Positions 23,520-37,639 of a stretch of 64,000 nt of DNA are shown here, piece after piece. Position 1 is the stretch's first letter. Every line of letters starts with the position of its first letter. The notes under the pieces are model-generated. The model was given only the letters and a program-made list of their open reading frames with translations, did no database searches and was not told the origin of the DNA. Both the position numbers and the translations under genes were made by a program. The stretch lies in the NCBI RefSeq assembly GCF_001194135.2, contig NC_069000.1, positions 40,877,332 to 40,941,331 of the forward strand, in the 5' to 3' direction. The DNA is from Octopus bimaculoides. Its lineage: Eukaryota.

Positions 23520-24520
23520 CATTTAGGTTTGTGATGTTTGGGTTAGTTACATCTGGGTTAAATATATCTGGTTAGTCATCACCCCGGCCTGGCCTTTCAA
23601 GAACAGCTTCCCCATATCCAATTTCTGGGTGAAGCTTGCCATCTTTCTTGTAAATCGTTTTCTGCTCCTATTAACATGGAAGTTCGGACCAAACTGGATC
23701 CTTAACAGTTTATCTGGTGTCTATTCAGCGATCCACGACACTGTCTGATGACATAGACTTATTTATCTAGGTGCTAAACTGTAACCCCCCCACTTGATCT
23801 TTGTTCCTGCCATTGTCTCGTATTCCTTTAGAATGGAGCCGACCACCACTTTAGTTGTCGTTTTACTGTCTCAATAAACCAGTCCCAGCAGTCTTTGTGC
23901 CTCTGGAAAGATGCATTCAACTTTCAGTCGACCTTGTAAATCACAAATTTGTGGTCTGAGTAGCCAACCATTTAAAATTGTAGACACTATATCTGTTACC
24001 TTGTAAAACACTTTATTGAGTCACGATCTAGATAAACCTCTGTGTTTACTCCATGTCCACCTAGCGCATTCGGAAAATTCAGCTCTGACCTATCAGACAG
24101 ACAACAGGCTTTTGAGGCTTGTTCTTACACCCACTTCTATTGGTTAAACTTACACAACTATATCGTGCGTTTAAAATTCAATTCCACTCCCTCATTTGTA
24201 CTAATGAGCCGAACGTTCCCAAGAAATTTTCTAAAATGTAAAGAAATATCTGTCCGTTTTGCTCCTGTTTTACTGTTGTTCATATCGAGTGCCACCGATG
24301 TACTGCCTACTTCCTGGACGATTGTCTGTACCTCTAGATGTAGTTCTTTCCGGAATATCACTGCCAATCCCATCAAGTCACAAGAGAAGCATGTCTTGTA
24401 GCCTTTAAAAATGGGTTTAAGTATGTGCCTTCCGGAAATTCTGATTTCTGTAATGGCTACCACATCCATATCTTCTGACCTTGTTTTCAAACTTACCCTA
24501 GATTATGTATATTTGCACAT
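23520..24520 (-). mobile_element. Degenerate L1/Tx1-like LINE fragment including an apurinic-endonuclease-like segment
   Basis: The ORF at 24158..24490 has DVVAITEIRISG...GLAVIFRKEL, which resembles the APE DxxxxQETR / GVAIL motifs. The flanking sequence is decayed. Confidence 0.55.
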
Positions 24521-25081
24521 CTTACCCAAAGTTAAACTGTTTGTCGGAGAAAATGCAAGAAGTTACTCTAGTTGTTGCTGTACCTGTTTGCTCTGTTTTG
24601 TTACTTTTGAAGTCCGTGTTGTTTCGGTGCTTGTGCCAATGCGTGACTATCTAGTGAGGTTTCTCTTATTTCGTTCTCTTAATTCTTGTTTGTTTCTTGT
24701 GGTGGTTCTGTGACTTTTGCTATTTCTTTTTAGGCTCCCCGAGTGACAATTTGAAACTCCTTAGTATCCTTCTTTTTCTCTTCACCATTTGACGAGGAAT
24801 GGGTGGGGGTAAGGTGTTTCTCTGCTGTTGTTGCCACTTTTTTTGATGTAGTTATGGCAGAAGTAGTAAATGTTCTTTTATTTATATTGTCAGCGAACAA
24901 AGTTGTACTTTACACAACTATAGCATATGCCTTTCGTATCTTCTACCAACACTCTTAACTAGGTCTTTATTTTCGTGTTCAGTTTGTACAGCCTTTCTTT
25001 GTATATTTACTGAAGTGATTAGCATCCATCTCTGTACATTATGTAAGACCGGTTTTTGTGCGAATTTTTCTCATATTAATA

Positions 25082-25121
<40 letters not shown>

Positions 25122-25699
25122 GCACACACACACACTTGTATTGATAAATGAGTGTAATGTGCGTAGCTTGTGTGGTTTCCTATTTCATAAGTTGTGTATA
25201 AAATCATTTTGACTCGAATGTGAGAACTATCGTAAAAATTAAGTACACACAGATTATAACGAATTAAGGCTGAAAGGAAAACGAACAACAAAAAATAGAA
25301 AACAAACGCCGAATGATATTTTGTCTGATGTTACTTAACTTCACATGTTCTGAACACATGCTTTACCTGTCCCAGGTTTTCTGTTTGTTTTATGTACAGA
25401 ATTTGTGGCGCCATGTGTAGAAGTGTGGATTTCTATTTTTTCCGGTTTAGGCATAAGAGGTTGATAGCACAAAATCCGTAGAAATTGATAATGCCTGATA
25501 TGTTATTTAATCCCAGGTCAGCTCTGATGGAACAGACCTACGGTCTTCGAAAGCATTCTAGCCGTGACTATTGCGTATATTTGCACATCAGGAACTAAAC
25601 TGTTCAGCGTCTTTCTTCTTCTTTTAACAGCAGCGAAAGATTGCAGGTGAACACCAGGTAACCACCTGTTGGATATATATATCCAGACTTCCGATCGTA

Positions 25700-26060
25700 T
25701 ATATCAAAATCATGCATATCAAGACGTTATAAACATCAATCCAGTCATAGGTCCTATTATCTATTCAATTATCGATCCAAAATATGTTCTGTATCCATGT
25801 CTTGTTATTATAACAAAGGCTTATGCTCTGTTCGACGTGAACCTACAAAATTTTAGTACCTCCATTAACACCCATTAGATCTCCTTTAACAACCACCGTT
25901 GTCTTCCTATAGATAGACTTGCTACTGCAGGGAGGGGCTGGGTACACAGCTAGCCCAATTAGGACTTTCCTAACGGAAATGTCTATCTAAGATACGACCA
26001 GATGCCATCAGCCTATGTAGTCTGGTCTACTGTCCAATTCATAACATGGATGAATACTTG
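25700..26060 (-). mobile_element. Degenerate CR1/L2-like LINE 3' remnant
   Basis: The minus-strand translation includes VVKGDLMGVNGGTKIL, similar to the CR1 RRxRGDLIxxYKIxxG tail. Heavily decayed. Confidence 0.35.
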
Positions 26061-27229
26061 CACACATACATAGTTATCAGATAGATTACATTAAATACAG
26101 CAGATATTACATAAACAGCACAATTCAACACTTGCAAATCTGAAACTAAAAGCACCCCCACACAAGTGTTACATAAGTCAAAAAACCGCTAGGTAAGCAC
26201 TGAAGTTACCTAATAATCACAGTTACTAGCAGATCTGCAGATGGAAATATTGGAAACTTGCAAATTAAAAAAAGCCATTTTATCAAACAATGCAAATTCA
26301 ACAACAACAATCGACAAGAACTGAAAGAACTTGATTACTATTACCTATTACCGACCGCTGCTCAACGTATTTTACGAGTTTCCTTTCTCCACATTTAGTT
26401 CGCAGTCTTACTCATACTTGAAATTTCATCAAATGTCATCGTTTTTCTTTTCACCCGAATTATAACATTAAATATTTTATGGTAAAAGTGAAACATTTCT
26501 AATAAAAATCTAAAGCCAATGCCGGGACTTACTCAATAACTATAATACATACATACATATATACATACATATTCTATGTAATAAAATTCTGTCTGTCTAT
26601 TCCCAATGCACTCTCAAACGGCTTCACCAAATCAAATCAAATTTTACAAGGTAAATAGTATTACACCCCACGAGTGTCAACATGTAATTTTTTTCCATTT
26701 CGATTAAAACGATGTAACATTTTACAGATAATCTTTCTATAGTCAAATATAGTACAGGATATTTTATACCACGACGATAACGACAACATCACATTTTGTA
26801 TATGAGTGTGTATGTGTCTGTGAGTGTACGTGAGTAAGTTTATGAGTGTGTATGTGCTTGTGAGTATGTGGATGTTTCCGCGTTAGGTACGTTACTCAAC
26901 ATACACTTACACATACATATACATATGCGACGACTGATATGTGTGAATGTATGTCTGTGTGTATCTCTTCTACTATATACTGAATTTGTGAAAATGTCTA
27001 GATATTCACTACATGTACGATTTAATTCTAAGAGATGAATCTTTGATTTATTCTTTAAGTAACCTAACCCGATGTATATTAATATTGATCTCATTTGGCC
27101 GATATAATTCTTATTGCATTAAGAGCATATGATGCAACAAACGAGATATTTTGCTTTGCAGCTCATATTTGCATTTACCTTTAATTCCTTCCCATTTTCG
27201 AACTATTTGTTTGTTTCCTGTTCAGTAAG

Positions 27230-28249
27230 TTCACACGTCAGACAACGAAGGACTCCACACTTTGTTATCCTGTGGAAGGGATAGGTACCGCTTGTCAACA
27301 CCCGTTACGTAGAGGACTGGGCATGCCGTGGCGTGCGCTGAGGGTGCGATATCTCCAGCGATACCTTAACGGTGAGGAGGTGCGATCACCGTTTGTTGAA
27401 CGCGCTTTTCTGCAGCTCGTCTCCTTGACGGGGCTACAGTCCTGGGTCAGGCGTAGACCGAGATAGGGCGCTTGGCACCTAGAGTGTCTCCGAGCGCTCA
27501 TAGCACCGGTTCGAGATAAGCTCTACAGGCACGGGTGTGCAGTCAGTTGAGCTCATCCGAGATGCATGCGGAGTGATGAAACCGTTCTGCATGCTCTCGT
27601 ACAGTGTCCGCGCATTGTTGACTTGTGGAGCTTTGTTGAACAGTTATTGTCGCGTGTTGAACGGAAGCGGCTATCGTCCGAGTCCATTGTGAAGATCAGC
27701 CCACTGTCTTCCTTTGACCAGGAAGGGAGGGCAATTTTTCTCTGTCTGGTGGCTATGGCAAAAGAGGTTGTATGGTGGAGGCGATTGAAAGGGCTGAAGA
27801 CGGGTACCTTCCTTTCCAGTCAAGACCTCATTGACTTTTTTCAGGTTCCATCTGAAAAGGAAAGTGAGGCTGGAGAGGAAGGTACTGTCATCCAGCAAGT
27901 TCGTTGAATGGTGGATGAATGTGGCAAGAATGACCCGCGTAAATGGGCCTGATCTAAATGTGCGCCTGTAGGCCGGATAGAAGGGAGAAGAAAGGGCGCC
28001 TGTAGGCCGGATAGAAGGGAGAAGAAAGGGCGCCTTCCTGAGGAGCCGTTGGTGTTAAGGGGTCCAAAGTGCGTGAAGTCTCTTTGGTCACCTTGCGGCG
28101 GAACTCCACCCTATTGGGGAAGCATATTGTTGATTTAATCTCTTTGTTAATCATTGTGTTTCTTGGCTGTTTACACGTTTAACCTCACTGAACCGCATCT
28201 GTGTATCGTCCTCTATTCTTTGTGTTCGGCCCTGGTGGCCAATAAAGAA

Positions 28250-28250
<1 letters not shown>
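27230..28250 (+). mobile_element. L1/Tx1-clade LINE 3' end (zf-RVT region and 3' UTR) ending in (TTA)n
   Basis: CPRCMRSDETVLHALVQCPRIVDLWSFVEQLL is a CCHC zinc knuckle. It is followed by HLKRKVRLERKVLSSSKFVEWW, then aataaag and a (TTA)n tail. Confidence 0.85.

Positions 28251-28324
<74 letters not shown>
28250..28324. repeat. (TTA)n microsatellite
   Basis: Read directly. Confidence 0.95.
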
Positions 28325-28326
<2 letters not shown>

Positions 28327-28520
28327 GGTAGTAAGCTGATAGAATCGTTAGCACGCTGGACGAAATGCTTAACGGTATTTCGCCTGTCGCTAACGTTCTG
28401 AGTTCAAATTCCGTCGAGGTCGACTTTATCTTTCATCCTTTCGGGGTCGATGCGATCGACTTACCTTTCCCTAAAATTTCAGGCCTTGTGATTACAGTAG
28501 AAAGGATTATTATTATTATT

Positions 28521-29074
28521 GAGTGAGAGAGCAGTGCATGCCATCAAAGTGACACGGGGGTAAAATATACGAAGCCCATTATACCCATCATGACTACCCG
28601 TCTGATAAGAGTACACCAGGCACATGCATCACAACCATATGTGCGCGGTATGGTGATCTCATATCAAGATTAACAGCGCATGACCTTGAAGGTGGGACCC
28701 AGTTAGAATTTTCTTCAGGTCGAGTAGCCCATCCCGCTCAAAAGGTCCCTGAATAAGGTTTGTTTAAGAATGTTGAGCAAAACACCCATGTTTCCAAAGG
28801 TGAATTATTCAAACCCCAAAGAATTCCTCTCAACACATGGCTATGATGCTCCGCCACTACTTCTGCTCATGATCAGAGATGCACATATCGTCAGCTTCTA
28901 AGGGACATGCTCAACTGGTTAAGGTCAAACAACTGACAAGCAAATCTGTGGTATTGAGCAGAATATTTGCTGTAGCCCATCTTTTATACCAAGACAAAAC
29001 AGTGTACATGATAACACTTCCAATCAATTAAGATCAGAAGCCATGAGAGTCACTGCCTAGTACTGCATCCAGGC

Positions 29075-29078
<4 letters not shown>
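28521..29078 (-). mobile_element. About 560-bp non-coding interspersed element embedded in (TTA)n (copies at 41109..41651 and, inverted, 54284..54842)
   Basis: Three colinear copies begin gagtgagagagcagtgcatgccatcaaagtgacac on the plus strand and end ...gatcagaagccatgagag.cactgcct.gtactgcat. Strand is assigned by inference from (TAA)n polarity. Confidence 0.8.
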
Positions 29079-29113
<35 letters not shown>

Positions 29114-30299
29114 GAAGGTGATGGATTGAAAGAAACGTTAGCGCGTTGGGTAAAATACCTGACATTGCGTCTTCTGCTCTTTACGTACAATGCTCGAATC
29201 CAGCTGAAGACATCGTTGCCTTTCATCCTTCCGGAGACGATAAAATAGGGCCAACCCCTGCGGTTAATGGTACCATCTAAACTCCTCCCCTTCAAATTCT
29301 GTCTACGTCGATTTTGTTTTTCATTCTTTCAGGATCGATACATTAATTACAGGGGTCGATATTATCGGCTGACTATTTACCAGTATTTCAGGCCTCGTGC
29401 CTATAATATGAGTGTTTATTGTTATTATTGTTTAAAATTTTGGCACTAAACCGCAATTTAAGGTCTAGTGGGTTAGCAGATTACATCGAACCCAATATTT
29501 GACTGGTGATTTATTTTATCAAACCCGAAAAGATGAAAGGCAGAGGTAACATCGGTAGAGTTTGAACTCAGAGCGTAAAGAACCATCAGAAATGTAAATT
29601 ATATCTAAAATAGTCTTAAAACGAAATTATAATGACAATTGCAGCTCATTTATATGCAGCACGTATTTCAACACGTGTTTTTTTCTGATTCTCAGCGCAT
29701 CATATTCTATTTCCTTTTGTTTTAATGTGAAAACAACTTTTGTTTCTCCCTTTTTTTTTTACGTGAATTGATTTTGGAAACAAACACGTTTTAATTTGAT
29801 CACGTGTTGTTTCATTAACGGGTAGGGAAGACCCATTACATTTCGCACAACTTCCGATGTAGTTTATACGCAAGTCTTCCCCTAACCAGATATGTTATGT
29901 AAACATACATAATACATACATACGCACACGCATATATATATACACACCCCACCACACTCATACATACATTCATGAGTACTCTGGGACTTTGGTTAGGTAT
30001 ATAGCATTAATGAATCATTATGCATGCCAAGAAAACACGTTTTTTGTCAAAAACACAAACGCTGCGTTAAAAAAAGAAACCTCTGCTTGATTCCTTTTAT
30101 ATTTTTTTCTTTTTTTTCTTTTTACTTGTTTCAGTCATTTGACTGCGGCCATGCCGGAGCACCACCTTTTTTTAGTCGAGCAAATCGACCCAGGACGTAT
30201 TCTTTGTAAGCCTAGTACTTATTCTATCGGTCTCTTTTTTTCCCAACCGCTAAGTTACACACCAGCATCGCATGTCAAGCGATGTTGGGCGACAAACAA

Positions 30300-30332
<33 letters not shown>

Positions 30333-30779
30333 CGACGAGCTTCTTTCAGTTTCCGTTTACCAAATCCATTCACAAGGCTTTGGTCGGCCCGAGGCTATAG
30401 TAGAAGACACTTGCCCAAGGTGCCACGCAGTGGGACGGAACCTGGAACCATGTGGTTGGTAAGCAGCTACTTACGACACAGCCACTCATCTTTAGAATTA
30501 ATTAACGAGCTTAGATATAGTTCTAGGACGAACTAATCCTACCGTGGCGATAGCCACAGACTAATTTGAAAACGGTTGGACCAGCGCTTTCTACAATTTC
30601 ATCTTTAAAATAACAATAAACAGAAACATGAATACAGTTAACTTTCTAGACATTACATTAACCCTAAACACACACATGCACAAAATATATAAGAAACCAA
30701 AAGAAATTCTCGTGTACTGACAAAAATTTCAGATAGCCGCTTGAAGTTTCCAAAAACCTAACATTATTATGGCTTCTAA

Positions 30780-31500
30780 TCAGCCTTGTCTATTCTGTGC
30801 CTGCTTCAGCCTCCAGTTAAGTAAGCAAGATCTTTTTATTCTGGTATCATGGACTGTCCATTTTACTGCTGCACAAGTTAGCTGATCTTGCTACGACCGG
30901 AGCACGCGTCCCAACCATCTCTCTATACTCTTCATCTATATATAGCACATTTGCTATATTTAGACCCGATTCATTTCTCACAAAACCATATCCTTTAAAT
31001 GCTAATGATTAGCTATAGTTTCCTTGCTAAGCATGACTCTTTCCAGTTTATAAAAACTAATTCTTTTTTTTTACAAGTGACATATACTGTTTAGCTTTAG
31101 CCTGAAATGCCAAGCTATGTAATTTCCACACACTTGAAAGCATCCCTTTTTTCTTGATTTGCGAATCTAAAGACTCATTCCTATGACAGTTCTGAAATAT
31201 CTAAACTTGTTTGACTCTTCTGGTGTTTGCTTACTCAGTGACACATTTCCGCAATTCATCTGCCGAGTCTTCATAATTTTAGTTTTATTGGTACTGTTGT
31301 GTCGACGCCTCCAAGCGAAGATGTAGGATCACCCAAGTCATATAAATAGAGGTAGTCTAGCCGTGGTAGAGGAGTTGAGTGACAGTTGAGTAGCCGCCGA
31401 GTAGCGGTTGAGTAGAGATCATCCGAAGGTGCTAGATAGCAGTAGCTTGAGACATAACAGGTACTTATATTTAAGCCCATACCGTTACTTTTTCATTAAT
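30780..31500 (-). mobile_element. Degenerate LINE (RTE/L2-like) RT C-terminal remnant
   Basis: The minus strand shows decayed ESNKFRYFRTV...SQIKKxDAFKCV, resembling EVxxFKYLG...RIxKAxxAF. Weak. Confidence 0.35.
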
Positions 31501-32657
31501 TTTGAATATAATTCTTTGCATTCTTGACGTTTCAGTCCTAAGCCAAACCTGTCACCAGCTTAATCGAAGTCTGCCATATGATTTCCACAAATCGTTTAAA
31601 TTCCTTTTCTTCCACCTTCGACTGTTCCCTTCATGTCATAACAAAGACAACAAACAAAATGTAATATGCAGTTACGATGTATGTAAACGAACAAAGTTTG
31701 CTTTTTTTATAAAGCGTTGAGATGGATAGAAATATACATGGAGTACTTCACTCCTAACTCCAAATAATTTTGGGAGTTTACTGTTTACGCTTCTTAACAT
31801 TTATTTCCTCGATGTATTGTCCACATTAAATTGATCCCTAGTATGGTGACAGTGTTCCTTTAGTGGTCCAATCGACAAATGGAAAAGATTCTGGACAATA
31901 AGCAACATCTATGCAGACGCATGCTTATGCACTATATACACTATAACGTTCGAAAACCACATGTTAATCCTTTTATGAATGAGAAGACATCGCATGCAAG
32001 TTTTTAGTTCAGAGAAAGATATTTAACTATGTTTTGTCCAACCCATTATTATCGTCTCCTCCGATCAGGTTGCCTTCAGATACACCTCAAGATGGTCAAT
32101 AGTAAGCAGGAAATTTTGTGAGGTAAAAAATGTCATACGTGAGTGAATGTGTTTTGTTTGTAATGAGTGGTTAATCGGTGATATTTAACCGTAAGTTCAG
32201 TCCCATGAATTTTCAGCAATTGTGAGAGAAACAAGTTTTAATTACGAAGCTTTTTAGATATGTGTATGTCTGTTATGCAAGAATAACTTAAGTGTTTAAC
32301 TTTATGTGTGTGTGTGTGTGTGTGTACGTGTTGTCGTGGGTGGTTGGGTTGTCTAAGTAGATTTGATAAAAGATTAAGAAATGCTATTGCATAAAGATGC
32401 TGGTATGTGCGCTGCGCTGTGTTGGCTCTGAGTGTACAGCGGAGTGTAAATGGTGAGTTTTCTAATTGAGAGAGAAAAAAAAGCAGAGTTTGTTCATTTG
32501 GAATGGTGATTTGTTGGGTAGCTGGCCTTTGCTGATGGAAGTATTTTCTGATTGTGTAGGAAAGATTTGATTTTATGGATACATATGGTGAATAACTCTT
32601 TTCCGTAATTTAGGTAGTTTTGGTTCTTTGAGTTGAATGGGAAGTGCGTTCACTCTG

Positions 32658-32705
<48 letters not shown>

Positions 32706-35700
32706 GCCCCGTTGACAGGCCGCTGGTATGCAAATTTGCCCTCTTTATGATTATACCACATGTTACGTATATATATATAATACACACACACACATACATA
32801 TGTATTATTTGCTATGCGTATGTATGAATATACGCTCCTCGTTGAGATCATCTGTATGTGTCATTGCGAAGTTGGGGTGAAGTTTGTGGTTCACGGGCGC
32901 TTATAACCATAAAATCATTACCCCCCCCCACACACACACACCAAAGTCGAAATGCCTCAAGATATCTGGAATAGCACTGAAGATTTCCTCAGTATAATCA
33001 ATGACTGCAACCACTTCTACCACCTAGAAAAAATTTTATTGTAGGTAGCATAGATATAGTAACTCAATTTTTTCTCAATTTACTTGTTTTGGTAACTCGA
33101 CTGCAGTCATGCTGGAGTACAGCATTAAATGGTTTTAATTGCACAAATCAGCCCTAGGAATTATGCTTTTTTAAAAGTCTGGTAGTTATTCTAGCGTTTT
33201 TCGCCGAACAGCTAAATTTCTAGGATGCATACAAACCAACATTGGTCGTCAAACTGTGATGGGGTGACAAATGCGGACTCATTAACACAGACACATTCAC
33301 ATATATACGATGGGCTTCTATACAGTTTCCGTCCACCAAATTAATTTACAACGCATTGGTCAGCCCGAGGAAAATTAGAAGGCGCTTGGTCAAGGTACAA
33401 TGCTGTAGGAATGAACCTGAAACTACATGGTTAGAAAGCGAGCTTCTTGACCACACACACACACACACACACAAGCGCATATGTATGCATGCATGCATAC
33501 ATACATGTATGTATGTATGTATGTATGTATATATGTATGTATGTATACAGTGGCCTTCAAAACGTTTATGGTCAGAGCAATGAAGGGCAAAATAATTTAA
33601 TTTATAATAACCTCATGGAGACTTATCTAAAATAAATAAACGCCTGTCTCAGACAGGTCGATGCATATTTATCCCGATTTCTGTCCATGCTTCTTAGTTG
33701 ATATAATTTGCTTCGATCTTGATCACAACTGTCTATCAAAATATTTCATGAAAGTTGTTGTGTGGAAGTAGAACACCTCTATTGGTTGGATCCTAATGGG
33801 CTGTACCATAATACAAAGGGACATAGGCAGAGAGCCTTGAGAGTAGTGTAAAGCCGAAAGTTGCATATTGTCATGGGTTATTACCAGTATCTTGAGTAGA
33901 ACGATTTGCGAGGACATTGTTATTATCCCGTTATGTCGTACGTCGAACGTGCGATACAGCAAAAGTTGTATTGGGTTAAGATTGGAGCTTTAACCAATCA
34001 TTTCGGAAATATGATTCAATGAGTTCTTTTCTGAGTTTATGGTAGATTGTTCTTATCTGTTCTTACATAAAAAATAAATGGTTAATAGACACTTTTTAGT
34101 ATCCAACAAAACTAAGATCTTCCTGTAGCTCAGATTGCATATTCATAACAAAACTCCAACCGTTTCACCTTTAACTGTTTTTACAAATAGTTCGGCTCCA
34201 AAGTTTCAGTTTTGCTAAGTCATATACATATAAACCTTGATTTTGAAAAATTGACAGAATGTGCTTTTGTCAGTCTAGCCCAGCTCTTCCTGTCAACCAA
34301 AACGCGTTTTTACTTGTGACAGAAATCTTTTGTTCAATTGAGCCCTTGACCCCCTTGATCGTTTAGCTTTTAAAATTAAGGACTTCTTTATTGTAAGTCT
34401 TCGTTCATATCCGATTTCTTTCAACACTGTTCATACGTAATATGACGACATAACCTTAAAATATGCAATCTCTCTTAAGTTGTAAATCACTTTAATAACT
34501 CTTCTCTTAACTCTTTTCTTTGCCCGTTTGTCTTCTTGATTCTGCAATGCTGTTCTTTAAACTTTCTCTTAACTATGTCATTCAATGTTTGATGACGTAA
34601 GAATTTGAAAATTCACCGATATCTTTTTCACTTTGTTGTGTTTTAACAAATAAAAATTACAGGTAATCCAAAACTAGTCGTTCATCGGCATTCTCATGGT
34701 TGTTTTCCAGTTTTACTGGTTTTTACACAATGATATAAAAAACATACATATTTATGTATGTATTCATTTATTCTTTTCCTTGTTTCAGTCATTTGACTGT
34801 GGCCATGCTGGAGCACCGCCTTTAGTCGAACAAATCAACCCCAGGACTTATTCTTTGTAAGCCTAGTACTTATTCTATCGGTCTCTTTTGCCGAACCGCT
34901 AAGTTACGGGAATATAAACATAACAACATCGGTTGTCAACCAATGGTGAGGGGGACAAACACAAACACACACACGCACCCCCCCCACATATATTCGACGG
35001 GCTTCTTTCAGTTTCCGTCTCACAAGGCTTTGGTCGGTCCGAGGCTAAAATAGAAGACACTTGCCCAAGGTGCCGCGTAGTGGGACTGAACCCAGAACCA
35101 TGTGACTGGGAAGCAAGCTACTTACCACACAGCTACGGCTGCGCCTATGTATTCTTTTATTCTTTTGTTCTTTTATTTGTTACAGTCATTTGACTGCGGC
35201 GATACTGGAGCACCGCCTTTAGTCGAACAAATCGACCCTAGGATTGATTCTTTATAAGCCTAGTACTTATTCTATCGGGGTCTTTTGCCGAACTGCTAAG
35301 TTACAGGGACGTGTATATGTATCTTTTATCTTTTTCTTTTATTTCAGTCATTTGAACGCAGCCGTGCTGAGGCACTGCTTTGAAAAGTTTTTAGTTGAAC
35401 AAATCGGCTCCAGGACTTAATTTTAAAGCCTAGTACTCATTCTAACGGTTTCAGTTGCCGAACCGTTAAGTTACGGAGACGTAAACACACCAACACCGGT
35501 GGTCAAGCGATGGTGGTTGACAAATACAGACACGAGATAGAGGGAATGTAATTGTAAAGATTTCACGAGAATAGTCGAAGGGAAAGAGATGAGAAAGGAA
35601 AATGAGAGGGAAAAAGAGGATAAGACGAAGTGTAAAACAGAAAGAGGGAGATAGAAAAAGAGTGAGAGTGAGAGACAAAGCGGGAGAAAGAAAAAAAGGA

Positions 35701-36402
35701 AAAGAGAATCCTCTATGACGTGTGGTAGGAGGAACGTAATATTTATTACGTGATAAAAAAATTAGTTGAAAGTAGTGTTATAGAGAAAGTGATTTAAAAA
35801 TATAATTTTAGCAGAAGGGTGACGTTCTGATGGTGAAGTTAAAGAAAGGCAGACAGATAGATAGATAGAGACAGAGAGAGAAGAGGGCAAGAGAAAGAGA
35901 GAGAGAGATAATGGTGGTGGTGGTGGTGGAGGTGGTTTTTGAATAGTGAAAAGTGTATTTCTTTTTAATTGAAACAATTTTTTTTAATATCACCTATCAC
36001 TTTATGCATGTACATAAGTGTAAATCCGTGAACTATACACGTTTATTTACGCGGCAAATTAAAGGCTGTATCATATGTACGGGTTGTTTATTTTGTTTAT
36101 AGGATAAATAGAAAAATAAAAGTAAATATTTATTTTATGAGTGCTGTGTATTAAGTCTATAAAATTGTGTATAAATATATAAAGTGTATTAAGTAATCAT
36201 CCTATTCCAGTTTCTTTCACTTTTCAATGAATAGTAGATGAGCGATTATATTTTGATACAAAGGTAACACAGTGTACGCTTTCAGGTTTTTGGATGAAGT
36301 TTCAGAAATAACCCAATGGGTTTACCATTAATTCCGTGAAACATTCACGGGTCCCGCTATTAAGGGAAGAGTAAGACGGCTAGAAAGTGTATGTGTGTGT
36401 GT

Positions 36403-36489
<87 letters not shown>
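36403..36489. repeat. (GA)n microsatellite
   Basis: Read directly. Confidence 0.95.
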
Positions 36490-36494
<5 letters not shown>

Positions 36495-37195
36495 AGCAGT
36501 AGAAAAATGATACTTTATTTTATCAAACTCAGGAAAAATAAATGACCGAACTGGCAATGAATGAATACCGAACCTCAACACAAGGTAAAACAAGTTGTGC
36601 ACTGCTCTACCAATTAAAAACCACTTAGATATATTTTATACTAATTCATAAAGCTCGTAGTTACTGCTATGGTTGTCTGAGGTTGATAACTTTTCCCTCA
36701 GTTCTTCAAATGCGAAGCGGTATGGAAGTAAACAAATTTAGAATTTTGCGTTGACAGATTTTGATTGGGTAAGTGACATAGAAACATATCTAAGACAACG
36801 GTATCAGTCACCTGTTCAGCTATGTGTATGGTGCGTAAATGTATGCACAACATTTTGTATGCATGTATGATCAAATACATGTGCATGCTTGTATGTGTTT
36901 ATAATATATCAAAGTTATATGCCCATATGTATACAGGTAGGGCTCTGAAGTCAATCTGTATACATATGAACCTACATGTGTTCACGTGTCTGTCGATATG
37001 GTTACAAATAAATAGGCTTTACTTCTCATGATATTTGAAGAATCTACATTGACTGAAAAACGTGACCGGTAGTAGGTGAAAATTTCCCACCAAATTGGCG
37101 TGAGGAAGTGTGTGTATATGTATATGTGTATATATGAATGTGTGCAAATTGATTGATTTATACACACACAGACATAAGAAGTGCTCCACCCAAAT

Positions 37196-37234
<39 letters not shown>

Positions 37235-37354
37235 TGTATGTATATACACATCTATATGTGAATATAAGTGTGTTTGTATTTGAATACACAAACATTTTTT
37301 CATATCTATATATTTTGTTTCATGTATATATGCATACACACACAGTTATATATA

Positions 37355-37395
37355 TATATAAGCGCGTTACATAAATCAAGTTAAATATCAGAGTT
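37355..37395 (+). promoter_or_regulatory. Possible TATA box (TATATAAG) and initiator-like TCAGAG for the peroxidase-like gene
   Basis: TATATAAG at 37355-37362 lies about 30 nt upstream of TCAGAG (37388) and about 80 nt upstream of the candidate ATG at 37440. It sits at the end of a (TA)n run, so support is weak. Confidence 0.3.
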
Positions 37396-37439
37396 ATTTT
37401 ACTGAGATAGATTGCTTTCCTTACGCTCTCGAAAAAAAA

Positions 37440-37444
37440 ATGAG
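37440..37444 (+). CDS. Peroxidase-like gene, candidate first coding exon (ATG AG = M + R)
   Basis: AAAAAATGAG|GTAAGT has a perfect donor, and phase 2 matches the acceptor at 42657. An alternative in-frame ATG lies at 42634. Confidence 0.5.
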
Positions 37445-37509
37445 GTAAGTGTTTACGTAACATTTTGTACTTATATACAAACGACTACTTTGCTTTACTT
37501 CAAATCATG

Positions 37510-37548
<39 letters not shown>

Positions 37549-37608
37549 TCACACAAACATTTATGTATATGTATATATAGGTGAATATATATATACACAC
37601 ACGCACAC

Positions 37609-37639
<31 letters not shown>

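Noticed and set aside
27966-27980. TGTAGGCCGGATA resembles an enterobacterial REP sequence
   Set aside because: It is a short chance match inside a eukaryotic LINE 3' UTR, with no REP palindrome partner or bacterial context.
28151-28354. Poly-Asn/poly-Ile ORFs and other HT, YI, CV, LS and MYVC repeat ORFs
   Set aside because: They are translations of (TTA)n, (CA)n, (TA)n, (GA)n and (TATG)n microsatellites.
36542-36584. ATGACC...CAAG|GTAAAA as an alternative first exon of the peroxidase-like gene
   Set aside because: The donor is weaker, it ends in phase 1 (incompatible with the 42657 acceptor), and the peptide is not signal-like.
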